64,000 bases of DNA. It comes from Eledone cirrhosa (lineage: Eukaryota). Under the pieces are notes generated by a model. It did no database searches, was not told where the DNA came from, and saw only the letters and a program-made list of their open reading frames with translations. The DNA lies in NCBI GenBank assembly GCA_964016885.1, contig OZ024742.1, forward strand, positions 146,506,001 to 146,570,000, in the 5' to 3' direction. Position numbers and translations under genes: made by a program. Shown in pieces: positions 52,081 through 64,000 of the stretch; position 1 is the stretch's first letter; the number at the start of each line of letters is the position of its first letter.

Positions 52081-52133
52081 ATATATATATATATATATAT
52101 ATATACATAACCTAGTAGTTAGTGACTTCATAG

Positions 52134-52190
<57 letters not shown>

Positions 52191-53191
52191 TGTGGCTGAG
52201 TGGTTAGAGTGAAGGTGAATGGCGAGTGGATTTACATCAATTGTTACATTAAGTACTAAACAAAGTTCATAGGTCGATATAATTGATTAAGGTGGTGCTC
52301 CCGCATGGCCATAGTCCAATAACTGATACTAATCACAGAAAAGCTATTTATTGGTGTCACTGATTTATATATTGGCAAAGGAAACGTCCAGTCTCTCACT
52401 TAATCAGTGAATCTACAAAAGGTTTTACTTCCAAGGATCTTGTAATTTCATTTTCTTTTATTGCTTTTCTTACTGTAGAAGTCATTTCTATAATAAAACA
52501 AAGATATATATTAACAGTTTAACATAACTTTGCACTACCAGCGGTTTCATGATGAAAATATGTCTAGATCTATTGTTAAGGGCTGGTTTACATAATGTAG
52601 TGATTTTTGTAAGTCATCAATGGTATAAGGAATTTTGCATCTTGGTGGTGTCATTAATGGCAGTAGAATTCAGTGTCACCAGGAGACACAACTGTTAACT
52701 CTGTTTCCACAAAAGATTACATACGCTGAAACAATCTGCATTATCTATCAATAGGGAAACTGACATAATGTTTTGCTGTCATTGGAGAAAAGCCCTGCTG
52801 GCCATTTCAAACCACTAGCCTGTGATCTGAACCAACCAAGAAGGCCCTAAGCAGCAGGGCCTCAAATTCCATTCTCCTTTGTGTTTTACAGTTCTCAAAC
52901 AGACCTGATGATTTAGATGTGTTTTGTGTTGAAACTACTGGAAGTGCAGTGTAAAGTCAAACTCATGCTAGCGTGGAAAATGGACGTTAAACAATGATGA
53001 TGATAGCTCCACTTACACATTATCTGTTGATTGATCTTTTCTTTCATTAGTATCCACTTATATCAATATACATACATATATATATATAGATATATTATAT
53101 ACTGTTAGAACTCCACGAACTGATTAAGCACTAAACTTTTATTTTCATTGCTCAACATATATATATATATATATATAAGAGAGAGAGGGGA

Positions 53192-53242
<51 letters not shown>

Positions 53243-53257
53243 GTAGTTTGCTTGAAG

Positions 53258-53576
53258 CATTGTGGTTATGATTTGGAAGCTGTTACAATGCAAGTGTGGT
53301 TGTAAATATTAAAGCAACAAAAACGAGTGAGGAATGTAAAAAGTGAGGTTGAGCAGAGAAGAGGAGGAAAAACAAGAATAAGAGATTATGTTACCTTGGA
53401 AATATTTATTATCTAGGGACTAATAAATATTTCCAAGGTAATTTTATCTCTAATTCTTGTTTTTTTTTCCCTCTTCTCTGCTCAACCTCACCTCTCTCAT
53501 TCATCACTCGTTTTTGTTGCCTAAATATTTACAACCACACTTGCATTGTAACAGCTTCCAAGACATAACCACTATG
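53258..53576. repeat. ~320-bp imperfect palindrome (fold-back)
   Basis: 53258-53410 is the reverse complement of 53421-53576, e.g. ttaccttggaaatatttatta / taataaatatttccaaggtaa. Confidence 0.9.
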
Positions 53577-53645
53577 TATATATGCATGTATATGTATGCA
53601 TACATATCTACATACATATGTGTGTATACATACATGCATATATAC

Positions 53646-53723
<78 letters not shown>

Positions 53724-53724
53724 C

Positions 53725-53755
<31 letters not shown>

Positions 53756-53961
53756 AGTAAACAATGTAGTTGTCAGTGTAACAGTTGTTATGCAATAATC
53801 AGATTTTACACTGAAGCCTTCATTGCTTACATTGCAGAGTATAAAAAAAGTATGTTCTAATCCAACAGATAAAATTATATCCCTGGATTTACAGTATTTA
53901 CAGGAATATTTTTATGAATGGTCTCTAGATTACATCAAGTGCTGAATACATACATATATAT

Positions 53962-54609
53962 CCTAGCAGTGGTACCCGGCGTTGCATGGGATAAGGTACT
54001 TTGGAACGCGGACCGCCAACATACCTAATCGTGGAAAAACTGCATGCCTAGACAATATGTAAAGAAAATAAACCAAATACTCTCCTGGCTGGATAATCTT
54101 TAAGATTTTCCTCTATGAAGCAGGAAAATGCAGGTTTTCACCTAATGCGGGCCCTAGGGGATCAAGAAAATGAATTTTTTTTATGTGCATAATATGCCTT
54201 GAAATTTTGGGAAAATCAGCTAGACGTAACGCCTCAAAAAAGCCCTAAAAAGCTGAAAAAATGAAGTTTTTCACCTAATGCGGGCCCTAGCCCATAAAAA
54301 AGTTAGATTTTCTTTGCTCACGGTATGAAGAAGAGACTGACTAATACATAGTTACAATTTCAAGGAAATCGTTCTCACGTAAGTACTCAAAAGAACCCTA
54401 AAAAGCTTAAAAAACGCAGTTTTTCACCTGATGCGGGACCTAGGAGATCAAAAAGTTGAAATTTTGTTATGTGCATAACACTCCCTGAAACATAAGAAAT
54501 ACACATGTAAAGTTTGAAAAAAATCGGTTGGGTACTTCTCGAGCTTTAGGGATTCAAACTCACAGACACACACAGACAGACAGACATCCTCAGTTTTACA
54601 TATATAGAT
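53962..54609. mobile_element. Helentron/HINE-like non-autonomous rolling-circle element
   Basis: One end CTAGC..ACCCGGCGTTGCATGGG (subterminal hairpin), the other (CAGA)n...ttttacatatatagat. Three internal ~130-150-bp repeats contain ttttcacct(a/g)atgcggg(c/a)cctag (~54135, 54268, 54421). Confidence 0.7.
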
Positions 54610-54696
54610 ATGTAGATCCTGAATTATATTGAGGGTAACCACAGTAAATGAGGTACTCAATACATACATTAGTAGAGGGAAAACATTAAAATATCT

Positions 54697-55031
54697 AATA
54701 TAGAAATGACTTCTACAGGACTAGAACTGTTTCATTTGAATAAAACAGTTCTAGTCCTGTAGAAGCCATTTCTATATTAAATTTTTGATTATATATATAG
54801 CACACAACACACAACACACAAAAACAAGATGGTGTAGGACAGGACAAAGGAGAGATACAAAATAGAAACCTAGTCACTGAGGAGGTCATAGAATGTGTGA
54901 CGAAAGAGCTTTGACAATATATAAACAACCATCCAGTTATTGAACCAACCAACTGGAAATTTATAATAAATTGAAGTGAAAACCAACAGATGTGTGTTTT
55001 TATTGTTAGCATGACCCTCCCAAAGTATAAC
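54697..55031 (+). mobile_element. Palindrome (54697-54778) followed by pLTR-like element with hammerhead motif
   Basis: aatatagaaatgacttctacaggactagaactgttt / aaacagttctagtcctgtagaagccatttctatatt; downstream sequence matches 25822-26035. Confidence 0.75.
54873..54915 (+). ncRNA. Hammerhead-like motif
   Basis: GTCA CTGAGGA G GTCATA gaatg TGTGAC GAAA GAGC TT TGAC. Confidence 0.6.
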
Positions 55032-55194
55032 AATATATGTATACAGGTATTTTTGATGAACATGAGAATAAAGTACTCAATATCGAAGTAGAGTTTAAAT
55101 ATTCCGTCAATGGCTAAGTGGTTAGCCTTGCTTCTCTTGTTTCTCTTCACTCTCACAAGATTATCAGACAAGACTGTCTTGTCTGATGATGCTA

Positions 55195-55615
55195 TGATAT
55201 CCCTTATGGGAAGATAGAAATGAAAAGACATTCCATCACAGTTGGCAATAATGTGGCTAACATCTTCAGTCTTTGGACAGCCTACATTTATTGTCAGCTG
55301 ATGACCTTCCTCTTTTGTGCAGTACTACTTGGTGAGGATTTCTTATTTCCACATTTCATAGCAATATTATTGAAGGTGGGCTATTTGTGAACTTCCCAGA
55401 ACTTCAAGCTTTTAGTGTAGTTTATCCCCTATATGCTCTGCTCTTTTCATCTCAAGTACCCATGCACAGCCCTCTCAGTGAACTCATCCATTCCCCAATT
55501 TTGCTCAAGCACTGGATAGAGTTTTCCAATGTTCCTAAGCGAGAGATCTACATTAGCTTTTATTTCATGTCTTTCCTCTAGTTCAAAGATTATCCAAGCA
55601 ATGTTATTTTCATGC
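55195..55615 (-). mobile_element. RLE-type non-LTR retrotransposon fragment (zinc-knuckle region), degraded
   Basis: AVHGYL...DNKCRL...EDVSHIIANCDGMSFHFYLPIR across frameshifts. Confidence 0.65.
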
Positions 55616-55794
55616 ATATGTAAATATGTATGTATGCATGTATATATGTATGCATACATGTATGCATGTATGTATGTATGTACATATATATGTATGTGTC
55701 TATGTATGTTTGTATGTATGTACATATATATGTATGTATGTATGTACATATATATATACGTATGTATGTATGTATGTACATATATATGTATGTT

Positions 55795-56238
55795 CTCTCT
55801 TTCTCTTAATTTCGAGTATATTTTTGACCGGCCACCTTCCTAGTGGCAAGGCTGTAAAAGAAAAGAAATTGTCATCCCTTGAATCGCAAGAATGTTTTGC
55901 AAATTTTGAAGGTGCCAGCTATCGCAGCCATTTGTAGACTATGAATTAGGGAGCTGCACTCTTTGTTCGCAAATCCAAGTTTAGTTATACATTGGTCCAA
56001 GCGGGTTGGTATATAACCCGTAGCTCCAATAATGATGGGTATGAAGCTAAAGGTGTATCTTGGATACTGGATTTGTAAACTCCTCATCAATGGTCCGTAG
56101 ATGTCCTCCTTCTCCTGTATTTTTCTGACAACGTTTACATCAAGTGGACAGCTGATCTCCACAACAGAACACGTTTTCAATGTGTGGTCCCAAACAACAA
56201 TATCAGGCTGGTTGTGCTTTAATTTGGTGGCAGTTTTT
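55795..56238 (-). mobile_element. R4/Dong-like non-LTR retrotransposon 3' end with restriction-like endonuclease domain
   Basis: KHNQPDIVVWD...VVEISCPLD...EKEDIYGPL...PIIIGATGYIP (PD-(D/E)xK type), stop at 55872, flanked by (TATG)/(TA) repeats. Confidence 0.85.
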
Positions 56239-56899
56239 ATGTATGTATATATATGTATGTATGTATGTATGTACATATATATGTATGTATGTATGTACAT
56301 ATATATGTATATATGTATGTACACATATGATATTTAACTGTAATGTTGTTAAAAGCAGATTTGATTTTGCATCTGAATTAAATATGAAAAAATATATGTT
56401 TTCAAAATCGAAAATAAAGCCACAATAAAATTTAACATTATTAAAATTTGACATGAAAATTATCTGAAAGTTATTTTATTTACATGCCTTGTAGCCAAAG
56501 TAATTTTAACTGATCTAATTTAATTATAAAAATATTGAAATATTGTTATAAGTATTGCAATCTGAAAATGTGATTATTATATTGCATTGTTGCCAGATTG
56601 TCGAGGACTGCAATCATAATAGACTGGTTGAAGACATTGCTGTCAAGCCTACATGCGCATAAAAACACATGCAAACTCTCACATGGACACAAGTACACAA
56701 ACACACACACACACACATGTACATATACATGAAATATGGCAGCGAATTACTAGTTGTTAGAAAGCTGGATAGAATACTTTATCATATTTGCTCCAGCTCT
56801 CTGCACTTTATGTTCAAATGCACAAGACAAAGCATTGTGTATGTCATGACGGTGCCATTACAACTCAAACACTCAGGTAAGTCTGCATATGGTGAGGAG

Positions 56900-57471
56900 G
56901 TTGTGTTGGTATGGCATGTGATGCATATGAAGAATGACGGCTGTATAAAAAAATGCAGAGTGCTCAAAGTCGATGGAAGCCTTGGCGTGGGAAGTCCTAG
57001 GAAGACTTGGGACGAGGTGATAAAAGGTGACCTTGCCCAATTGCACCTCTCAAAGATCATTACACAGGACCAAGATCTGTAGTGTTATGCAGTAATACAA
57101 AAGACCTGCCTTCTCACGGGTACAGGCCAAAGCTGAAGCATAGTATGTACTACCCCACCCACATCACCCACTCCCATACATCTCCCATGAGGGGACACAC
57201 TGAAGCATACATCGAGTGAAGCCTCCAGCCCACATTGTAAAGTGGTCGTCATGGTGACATGACAAAAAACACCTAGCCCACACTGTAAAGTGATCGTGTA
57301 GGTGTCATAACAAAAAGCACCCAGTCCACACTGTAAAGTGGTCATGTAAACAGTTCTGTATGAGCAAGACATGGTCACCTGACCTGGCATTGCTCACAAC
57401 AGGACAACTCGTCTAACCCATGCTAGCATGGGAGAATGGACATTAAACAGTGATGATGATGATGATGATGA

Positions 57472-57475
<4 letters not shown>
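56900..57475 (+). mobile_element. RTE 3' fragment with (GAT)n tail
   Basis: HVMHMKNDGCIKKCR...SPRKTWDEVIK plus 3' UTR. Confidence 0.88.
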
Positions 57476-57510
<35 letters not shown>

Positions 57511-57551
57511 AAGATATTAATAAATGGAAACCATATTTATAAAACCATATT

Positions 57552-57616
57552 TATTTTATTATATATATTTCAAGGGCGACCAAGCCAATCTTGGTGCGCT
57601 TTCATCAGATAAAATA
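57552..57616 (-). ncRNA. Minimal type-I hammerhead ribozyme
   Basis: Minus strand reads TATTTTAT CTGATGA AAGCGCACCAAG attgg CTTGGTCGCCCTT GAAA T ATAT A TA ATAAAATA, with an 8-bp stem I. Confidence 0.72.
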
Positions 57617-57767
57617 CAAAATTTATTTTATAAATAACGGCATACCCATGGAAATCAACCTTAACAGTCGGAAATTTGTTATAAATATCAGTTATAAACA
57701 TTTATGTTTGTCGGAACTCTAACAAATGAAATATAACTTCTACATATATATATATATATATATATAT

Positions 57768-57907
57768 ATGCAGGCTTAGCGTAGTGTTTAAAAAGTTCTC
57801 TTTGCAACCTTGGGTTTTATCCGACTGTATGGCACTTTGAGCAAGAGTCTCCTTGGGCCAACAACCTTGTGAGTGACATTTTGTTGACAGAAACAGTGTA
57901 GAAGCCA
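57768..57907 (+). mobile_element. CORE-like SINE remnant
   Basis: gcaggcttagcgtagtgtt...ggcactttgagcaagagtct...gaaacagtgtagaagcc. Confidence 0.5.
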
Positions 57908-60204
57908 GCTGTACATGTGTGTGTGTGTGTGTGAGCTTGATTGAATAATGTAAGGTATTTCATCTGACATTCTGTTAATTTGACCAATCCACCATTGTAA
58001 ACTAGACTGATACATTATTCTGCAATCTTTAAAAGGAAAAAGTTAAAGTTGAGCTTGATAAGATTTGAATTCAGAATGCAGAGCAGAGGAAAGACATTCT
58101 ATCTGACACTTTAACAATTCTGTCAGTCTACGACTCTGTATAAATTTTTTTGTGGGGTATTAAATCAACTAACTTTTATTTACAGTAATAATGATAATAA
58201 TAATGACAAGAATAATAACAAAAATAATAAAAAACGAAAAGGAAACAAAAGAAAAAAGAATAGGAAAATATAGAGAAAAAATGAGAAAAAGAAATAAAAA
58301 AGATTTGGAAGGGGAGAGGATGGCAAGAACTTTAGTGTCACAAAAGAGAGGGGTGAAGAGGGTGTGATTGGGCTTTAGGCCTAGAGCGTGGGGGCAGAAG
58401 GGCTGCACCTCAAGGACAAGACTGAAATAGCATTCCCGCAGACAATGGCCAGTAACACCCATTGCAGCAGCCACCCAACCTTGCAGGACTCCCTCCTCAG
58501 ACGGGCCACCTACATTCCAATCTTGCAGAGGAGCTCAGCTGTATGGGGTCCAAGTATGCCTGAGTTTTGATTGAGGCACAAGGCCAACAATTTTGGATGA
58601 GAGGAAAGTCTATTAAATCAACTCTAGTGCATTATTGGTAGTTCTATAACGCATACAACAAATTTGAATTTATATTTTTCTTTAACTTTAACTTTAAAAT
58701 ACAAGTCTTGTATTTGGTACTGTAAACCTTTACTCACTTTTCTTTTAAATATTCTTTTTACTCTTTTATTCTTCCACTTGTTTTTATCATTAGACCATGG
58801 TCATACTGGAGCACCAACTTTAAGGTTAATTATTTTTTCTAATCTAGTACTTATTTTATTGATCACAACTGAAATATCAGGGTATAGTTAGGCACAATTT
58901 TACTGCAACAGGGAAAATTACTGTTTTATCAGAATATAATATTCAGAATTTTAATATGTCTTAAAGTAACAATTAATCCGATCACCATAAGTTTTGCTGC
59001 CTTGAACATAGCTAAAGGTTTCAAAGATTATATATTCATTATGTGAAGTCTGTTGGAAAGTAATGTTGTGGTTGATGTATTGATTAGAGCAGGTATACAT
59101 AAAATGAAGCCTATTTGTAGCCATATTACAGATATTGGTGCCAAGATATATTAATCACACAACGCATGAGAAGGGAAATGAAACTGTGACATTCATGTAT
59201 ATCTCAAGGTCATTAGTAGCTATACATGAAATTAATTGGCTTTACTGAGATTCAAAACATTGTTGTTGATTTAACTCTCTTGGGAATTAGGTAGCTCTTT
59301 CTCTACAGGGCTTGCATCCTTGCCAAAAATATTATTACAAATAAGTAAATATATATATATAATAATGAATGAATAAATAAATAAAAAAACGATAATAACT
59401 TCCTTCTTTGAAAATACCCTTAAAAAATGGAAGTATATCAGAAAAGAAAGTGAGTGCTATATTCTAAAAATTTCATAGAAGAATATAAATAACAAAAGCA
59501 AAACAATACAATCAGCAATGTCTTTTCTTCAGTAGTCAATCTGTAGCAATATAAACTATCAATAGTATTAATCTCATTTGTTTTGAAAGACTTGAAACAT
59601 TCATGGACACAGCCCCTTACTCCAGAGCTAGAAAATAAACAAAAGCTAACTTCACACCCTCTGTTTAATGGCTAGATGCCAATCCAGGCACCAGTCCTAT
59701 TAGTCACTCCTTAGAACATGCACTATTGGGGTCGGTTCTTCTTTTATATCTCATTCTCACTTCCTTGTTATCACTTTCTCTCCTTCTTTGGAAGAAATCA
59801 ATTGTGTTCTGGCATGGAGAGGAGATGGGCTCCATCATGTTTTTAAAAATGACCAAGAAACACCGTATGTCACAAAAACACCCATGTAACTCCATCAGTC
59901 AATACATACATACATTCTAAACCAGATATATGCAAGAATATGGTGTATCTATCCTAAACTGGATACATACAACCCTATGATATCCTTTGGTAAATAGAAA
60001 TTAATAAAAAAGAAATAACAAAATAATTAATTTAAAATAGAATAAATTTAGTAAAATATCAGGATTAATTTAATAAAGTATTGAGATAAATTTCTAACCA
60101 ATCAATATTAAAAAAAAAACTATGAATGCCAAAAAAGTTCCAGAAAATTAAGTCTTTGTTATCTGCTGGTCTGACTAAAACATTTGGGTGTACTGATATG
60201 ATAA

Positions 60205-60392
60205 TTGTTTCTAATTTTGGTACAAGGCCAACAATTTGAAGGGAAGGGGAATGTAATTGACTCTAGTGTGTTACTCGTACTTTATTTTATCGATTCCGTA
60301 AGGATGAAAGGCAAAGCTAACCGTGGCAGAATTAGAACTCAAAACATAAAGGGCTATAACTATATGCTTCAAAGCCTGTTGCCCGACACTCT
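60205..60392 (-). mobile_element. Nin-domain-like SINE
   Basis: gtactttattttatcgattccgtaaggatgaaaggcaaagctaac. Confidence 0.75.
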
Positions 60393-61119
60393 AATGATTA
60401 ATGTAATAATGACAAAAGAAATAATTTGGTGTCATTGAATAATAAACAACTTACATATACACAATATTTCATAATTTACATACATACCCAACATATATAT
60501 ATACACACTAATTCCACAACATAGATATATTCACATTTCCACAACTCACATATGTACATAACATTTTCACAAATTACATATGAAGCGAGATTAAATGTGT
60601 GCATTTGTTGGTGTTGAAAGTATCAGGAGTTGAAGGATAAACATTAAAAAAATAACAACTCTTCATTAACATTTAAACATTTTTCACTTCAATACAGGAG
60701 AACAATTGATTGATGGTACAGAATATACATACAAAATACACATGTTTGAGTGTGAGTGTAGTAGGCTTTTTATCTGAGATGGTTTTTCAAAAGTGACATG
60801 TTTATCAGTGCCTTAACTAACTATTCGTCATATGCTATTTAATGTATATATGGAAGAATGTTTATGCGCGAGAGTGTGTCCGTAAAACATACACATACAT
60901 ATACATCAGATCCAAACACTAAAGAACCAAACTCTCTCTGTCACTACCCCCGTCTCTCCCCATCTCTCACTATGCGCAAATAGAGGGCCATGTTCCTGTT
61001 TTACCATCTGAATTCTTCAGGCTTATATATCATCATTATCATCATCATCACCGTTTTATGTCAATTTTTCCACGCTAACTTGGGTTAGACGAGTTATCCT
61101 GTTGTGGGAAATATATATA

Positions 61120-61745
61120 TTAGGAATAAGAGGGATCAAATGCTGTTTACTTGAGAGAAGACTACATTGGTATGGTCATGTGATGCGCATGAAAGACGAC
61201 AGCTGTATAAAAAAGTGCAGGGCAATCAAAATAGACGGTAGCCACGGAGTAGGCAGACCCAGAAAAACCTGGGACAACTTGATAAATTCCGACCTCACAC
61301 ACTTACACCTCTCCAAGACAATGTCACTGGACCTAGAACTTTGGCGCTACACAGTAATACAGAAGACCCGCCTTGCCTAATTACAAAGCGAAACCTACAG
61401 TCAGTAGGCACCTCTTACCAAAATACACCCCCGTCCCACTACCCCCACCCCATCCACACCACACCCTTTTGATGTAAAGTTATGTTGGTACCACAACATC
61501 CAGTCCTAAATAAATGAGGTCGTGTAGGTGTCACGACAAAAAACACACAGTCCACGCTGTAATGTGGCCGTGTAGGTAACACGGTAAAAACCTCCCAGTC
61601 CACACTGTAAATGTGGTTGGTGTTAGGAAGGGCATCCAGCCATAGAAATCCCGCCAGACAGTCCTATACGAGCAAGACAACCAATCTTGCCTCAAGTAGG
61701 AAAATTCCCGTCCAAACCCATGCTAGCGTGGAAGATGGACATTAA

Positions 61746-61783
<38 letters not shown>
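61120..61783 (+). mobile_element. RTE 3' fragment, near-identical family to 30800-31438
   Basis: LGIRGIKCCLLERRLHWYGHVMRM...GRPRKTW, 3' UTR, (GAT)n tail. Confidence 0.92.
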
Positions 61784-62348
61784 ATATATATATATATATA
61801 AAGGAGTTATGCTTGACTCATATTGAACAATTGAACTATCATTCCTTTGCAAAACAGCTAGTGTTTACTTCTAGCAGGACATGTCTTCTTCATCCTGTTG
61901 AGTAGGACATCTGTATTTACTACTCATTGTTCAAGAGTTAGTCTGCTATGTGGTCCCAGAGACAAGATAGAGAAGACATTGTTTCAGAGGATGGCGAGGG
62001 AAATGCACTGGAACAGTCACTCCACCTTGCAGGTAGCCAACTCCACTCTGATAACAGTGAGTAGGGATGTGGTCTAGGACCCAAGAACACCAGAAGTCCC
62101 CATGACTACAGGCATGACCACAAACCTATCAGAGAGTAAACAATACTTTGACAGTTTATCCTCTTTGGCCTGGTGTACAGCAAAGCCTAGGCTGGTAGCC
62201 AAATACTCCAGAACATAACAGAACATATTATTTTTCATTGTAGTTCAGTGGCTGACATAATTTGCCTTTATCTTTTCTTTGGGTGTGATGAGAGAACAAA
62301 ACTTTCTTACTTCCTTTACAAAGACAAAATCGAAACCAATGGGGCCTG

Positions 62349-62378
<30 letters not shown>

Positions 62379-62387
<9 letters not shown>

Positions 62388-62584
62388 TACAAATATTAAT
62401 AAAATAGATGTTCTTTTGATCAATTACATTTTATTATACATATTTTGGATGTACAACAGTACGTCCTCATCAGACAAAATATAATTTGTCTGATGAGGAC
62501 GTACTGTTGTACATATGAAATATGTATAATAAAATGTAATTGATCAAAAGAACATCTATTTTATTAATATTTGTATTTTAATAT
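62379..62584. repeat. ~205-bp near-perfect palindrome with mirrored hammerhead motifs
   Basis: 62379-62478 is the reverse complement of 62485-62584; starts at the end of a (TA)n run. Confidence 0.92.
62485..62533 (+). ncRNA. Minimal type-I hammerhead ribozyme, stem II base mutated
   Basis: TTTGT CTGATGA GGACGTAC tgtt GTACATAT GAAA T ATGT A TA ATAAA. The mirror copy has GTACATCC followed by AAAA. Confidence 0.7.
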
Positions 62585-62685
62585 TAATAACTCTGGGAAA
62601 TTATTTTTTCCGTTGAGTGCTTCCAATCTACTGTAAAACTCATTCTTTGACATACTCATTGAATCTTGTTTAACTCTTTAATATA

Positions 62686-62988
62686 TCATCATCATCATCA
62701 CCATCATCATCATCATCGTTTAACGTCCATCTTCCACGCTTGCATGGGTTTGGACGGGAGTTTTCCCACTTGAGGCAAGATTGGTTGTCCTGCTCGTATA
62801 GGACTGTCTGGCGGGTTTTCTACGGCTGGATCCCCTTCCTAACACCAACCACATTTACAGTGTGGACTGGGAGGTTTTACCATGTTACCTACACGGCCAC
62901 ATTACAGCGTGGACTGTGTGTTTTTTTGTCGTGACACCTACACGTCTGGCGGGTTTTCTACAGCTGGGTGCCCTTCCCAACACCAACC
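62686..62988 (-). mobile_element. RTE 3' UTR with (GAT)n tail
   Basis: Reverse complement of the 61520-61783 segment. Confidence 0.85.
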
Positions 62989-63559
62989 ATATATATATAT
63001 ATATACACATTTCCACAACTTATATATATATACACAACAGTTTCACAATTTACATAATTACACAAGTTTCACAATTTACATATATACATACCAACAGTTT
63101 CACACTTTGCATATATAGACACAACAATTCAGAATAGCAGTTTCACACCTGATATAAATATACATGTATATATGTGCGTGTGTATAGACAACAGTTTCAC
63201 AATTTAGATATGTACCCTGATATGTTCACAGGAACTAACATTTATACAACATCTTTCTCCCAGCAATTACTGAAAACAATATTATTGTTCAGTTTATAGA
63301 GAATGTATTTGTTGAAGCCAATGTATTTGTTCAGTACTTAACTTTAGTCTGAAGTACAAGTGAATTGCTTCCAATGTTGACATTAGGTAATTGGGTTTAC
63401 TGAAATCTCTTAAAATAAAACTAAAATGTTTCGTGAGGGGGAAATATTCCAAAAGTCTTGATGAAAGCAAAGAACTAACATATATATATATACAGAAACT
63501 TTCAATAATTAAATGCACACATTTCCTCAAATTGCATATACATTTATTCAACTACATAC

Positions 63560-64000
63560 ATACAAAACATTTTCTCGACTTTCATACATACACTTTTTCA
63601 AAAATTACAAATATATATAATCTTTGCACAACATGATATAGATACATAACAATTTCTGCAACTTTCATGTATACAAATTTCTGCAATTTATATACACAAC
63701 ATTTCCGCAACATACATATACACATAGCAACATTTCCACAACATACATATACATAAACCAACATTTGGCAACATACATATATACATATAAATATTTTCAT
63801 AACATACATATATACATATAAACATTTTCATAACATACATATATACACAACATATGTATATACACAATATTTCCTTAACATATATGTATACACATCAATA
63901 TTTTCATAACATACATATATACACATCAACATTTCCACAACATACATATATACACATCAACATTTCCACAATATGCATATATACACATCAACATTTTCAT
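63560..64000. repeat. Degenerate ~27-30-bp AT/CA-rich minisatellite
   Basis: Units like acatttccacaacatacatatatacacatca. Related tracts at ~60450-60580 and ~62990-63130. Confidence 0.75.

Noticed and set aside
55163-55230. CTGATGA...GAAA after a 25-bp palindrome as a hammerhead
   Set aside because: No NUH or stem III follows GAAA, and the sequence overlaps retrotransposon coding remnant.
59704-59920. Possible host exon
   Set aside because: Short ORFs on both strands with no recognisable domain or clear splice context.

Overview
Repeat-dominated eukaryotic DNA with no convincing host gene. The SINE and RTE families and the dense (TA)n/(CA)n/(CAT)n microsatellites suggest a mollusc, most likely an octopus (inference). 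Bases 1-17465 are a 33-bp tandem array of about 530 units with kb-scale higher-order duplications; its minus strand reads as a repeating MTASKPYEKGK frame. Bases ~20316-25483 are a nearly full-length but mutated Penelope-like element (PLE, Naiad-like RT plus GIY-YIG) with pseudo-LTR direct repeats. It has an extra upstream ORF joined to the RT frame by an in-phase U_UUU_UUA -1 slippery site. The rest is a mosaic of RTE LINE fragments with (GAT)n tails, a degraded Hydra-clade PLE, R4/Dong-like fragments, tRNA-derived SINEs, MITEs, a Helentron-like element and a mariner remnant. Reading both strands also shows about six unrelated families of minimal type-I hammerhead ribozyme motifs. They sit in short non-coding elements beside (TA)n tracts, several arranged as fold-back palindromes. 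Coordinates were counted by eye and family names come from motif recognition, not database searches.
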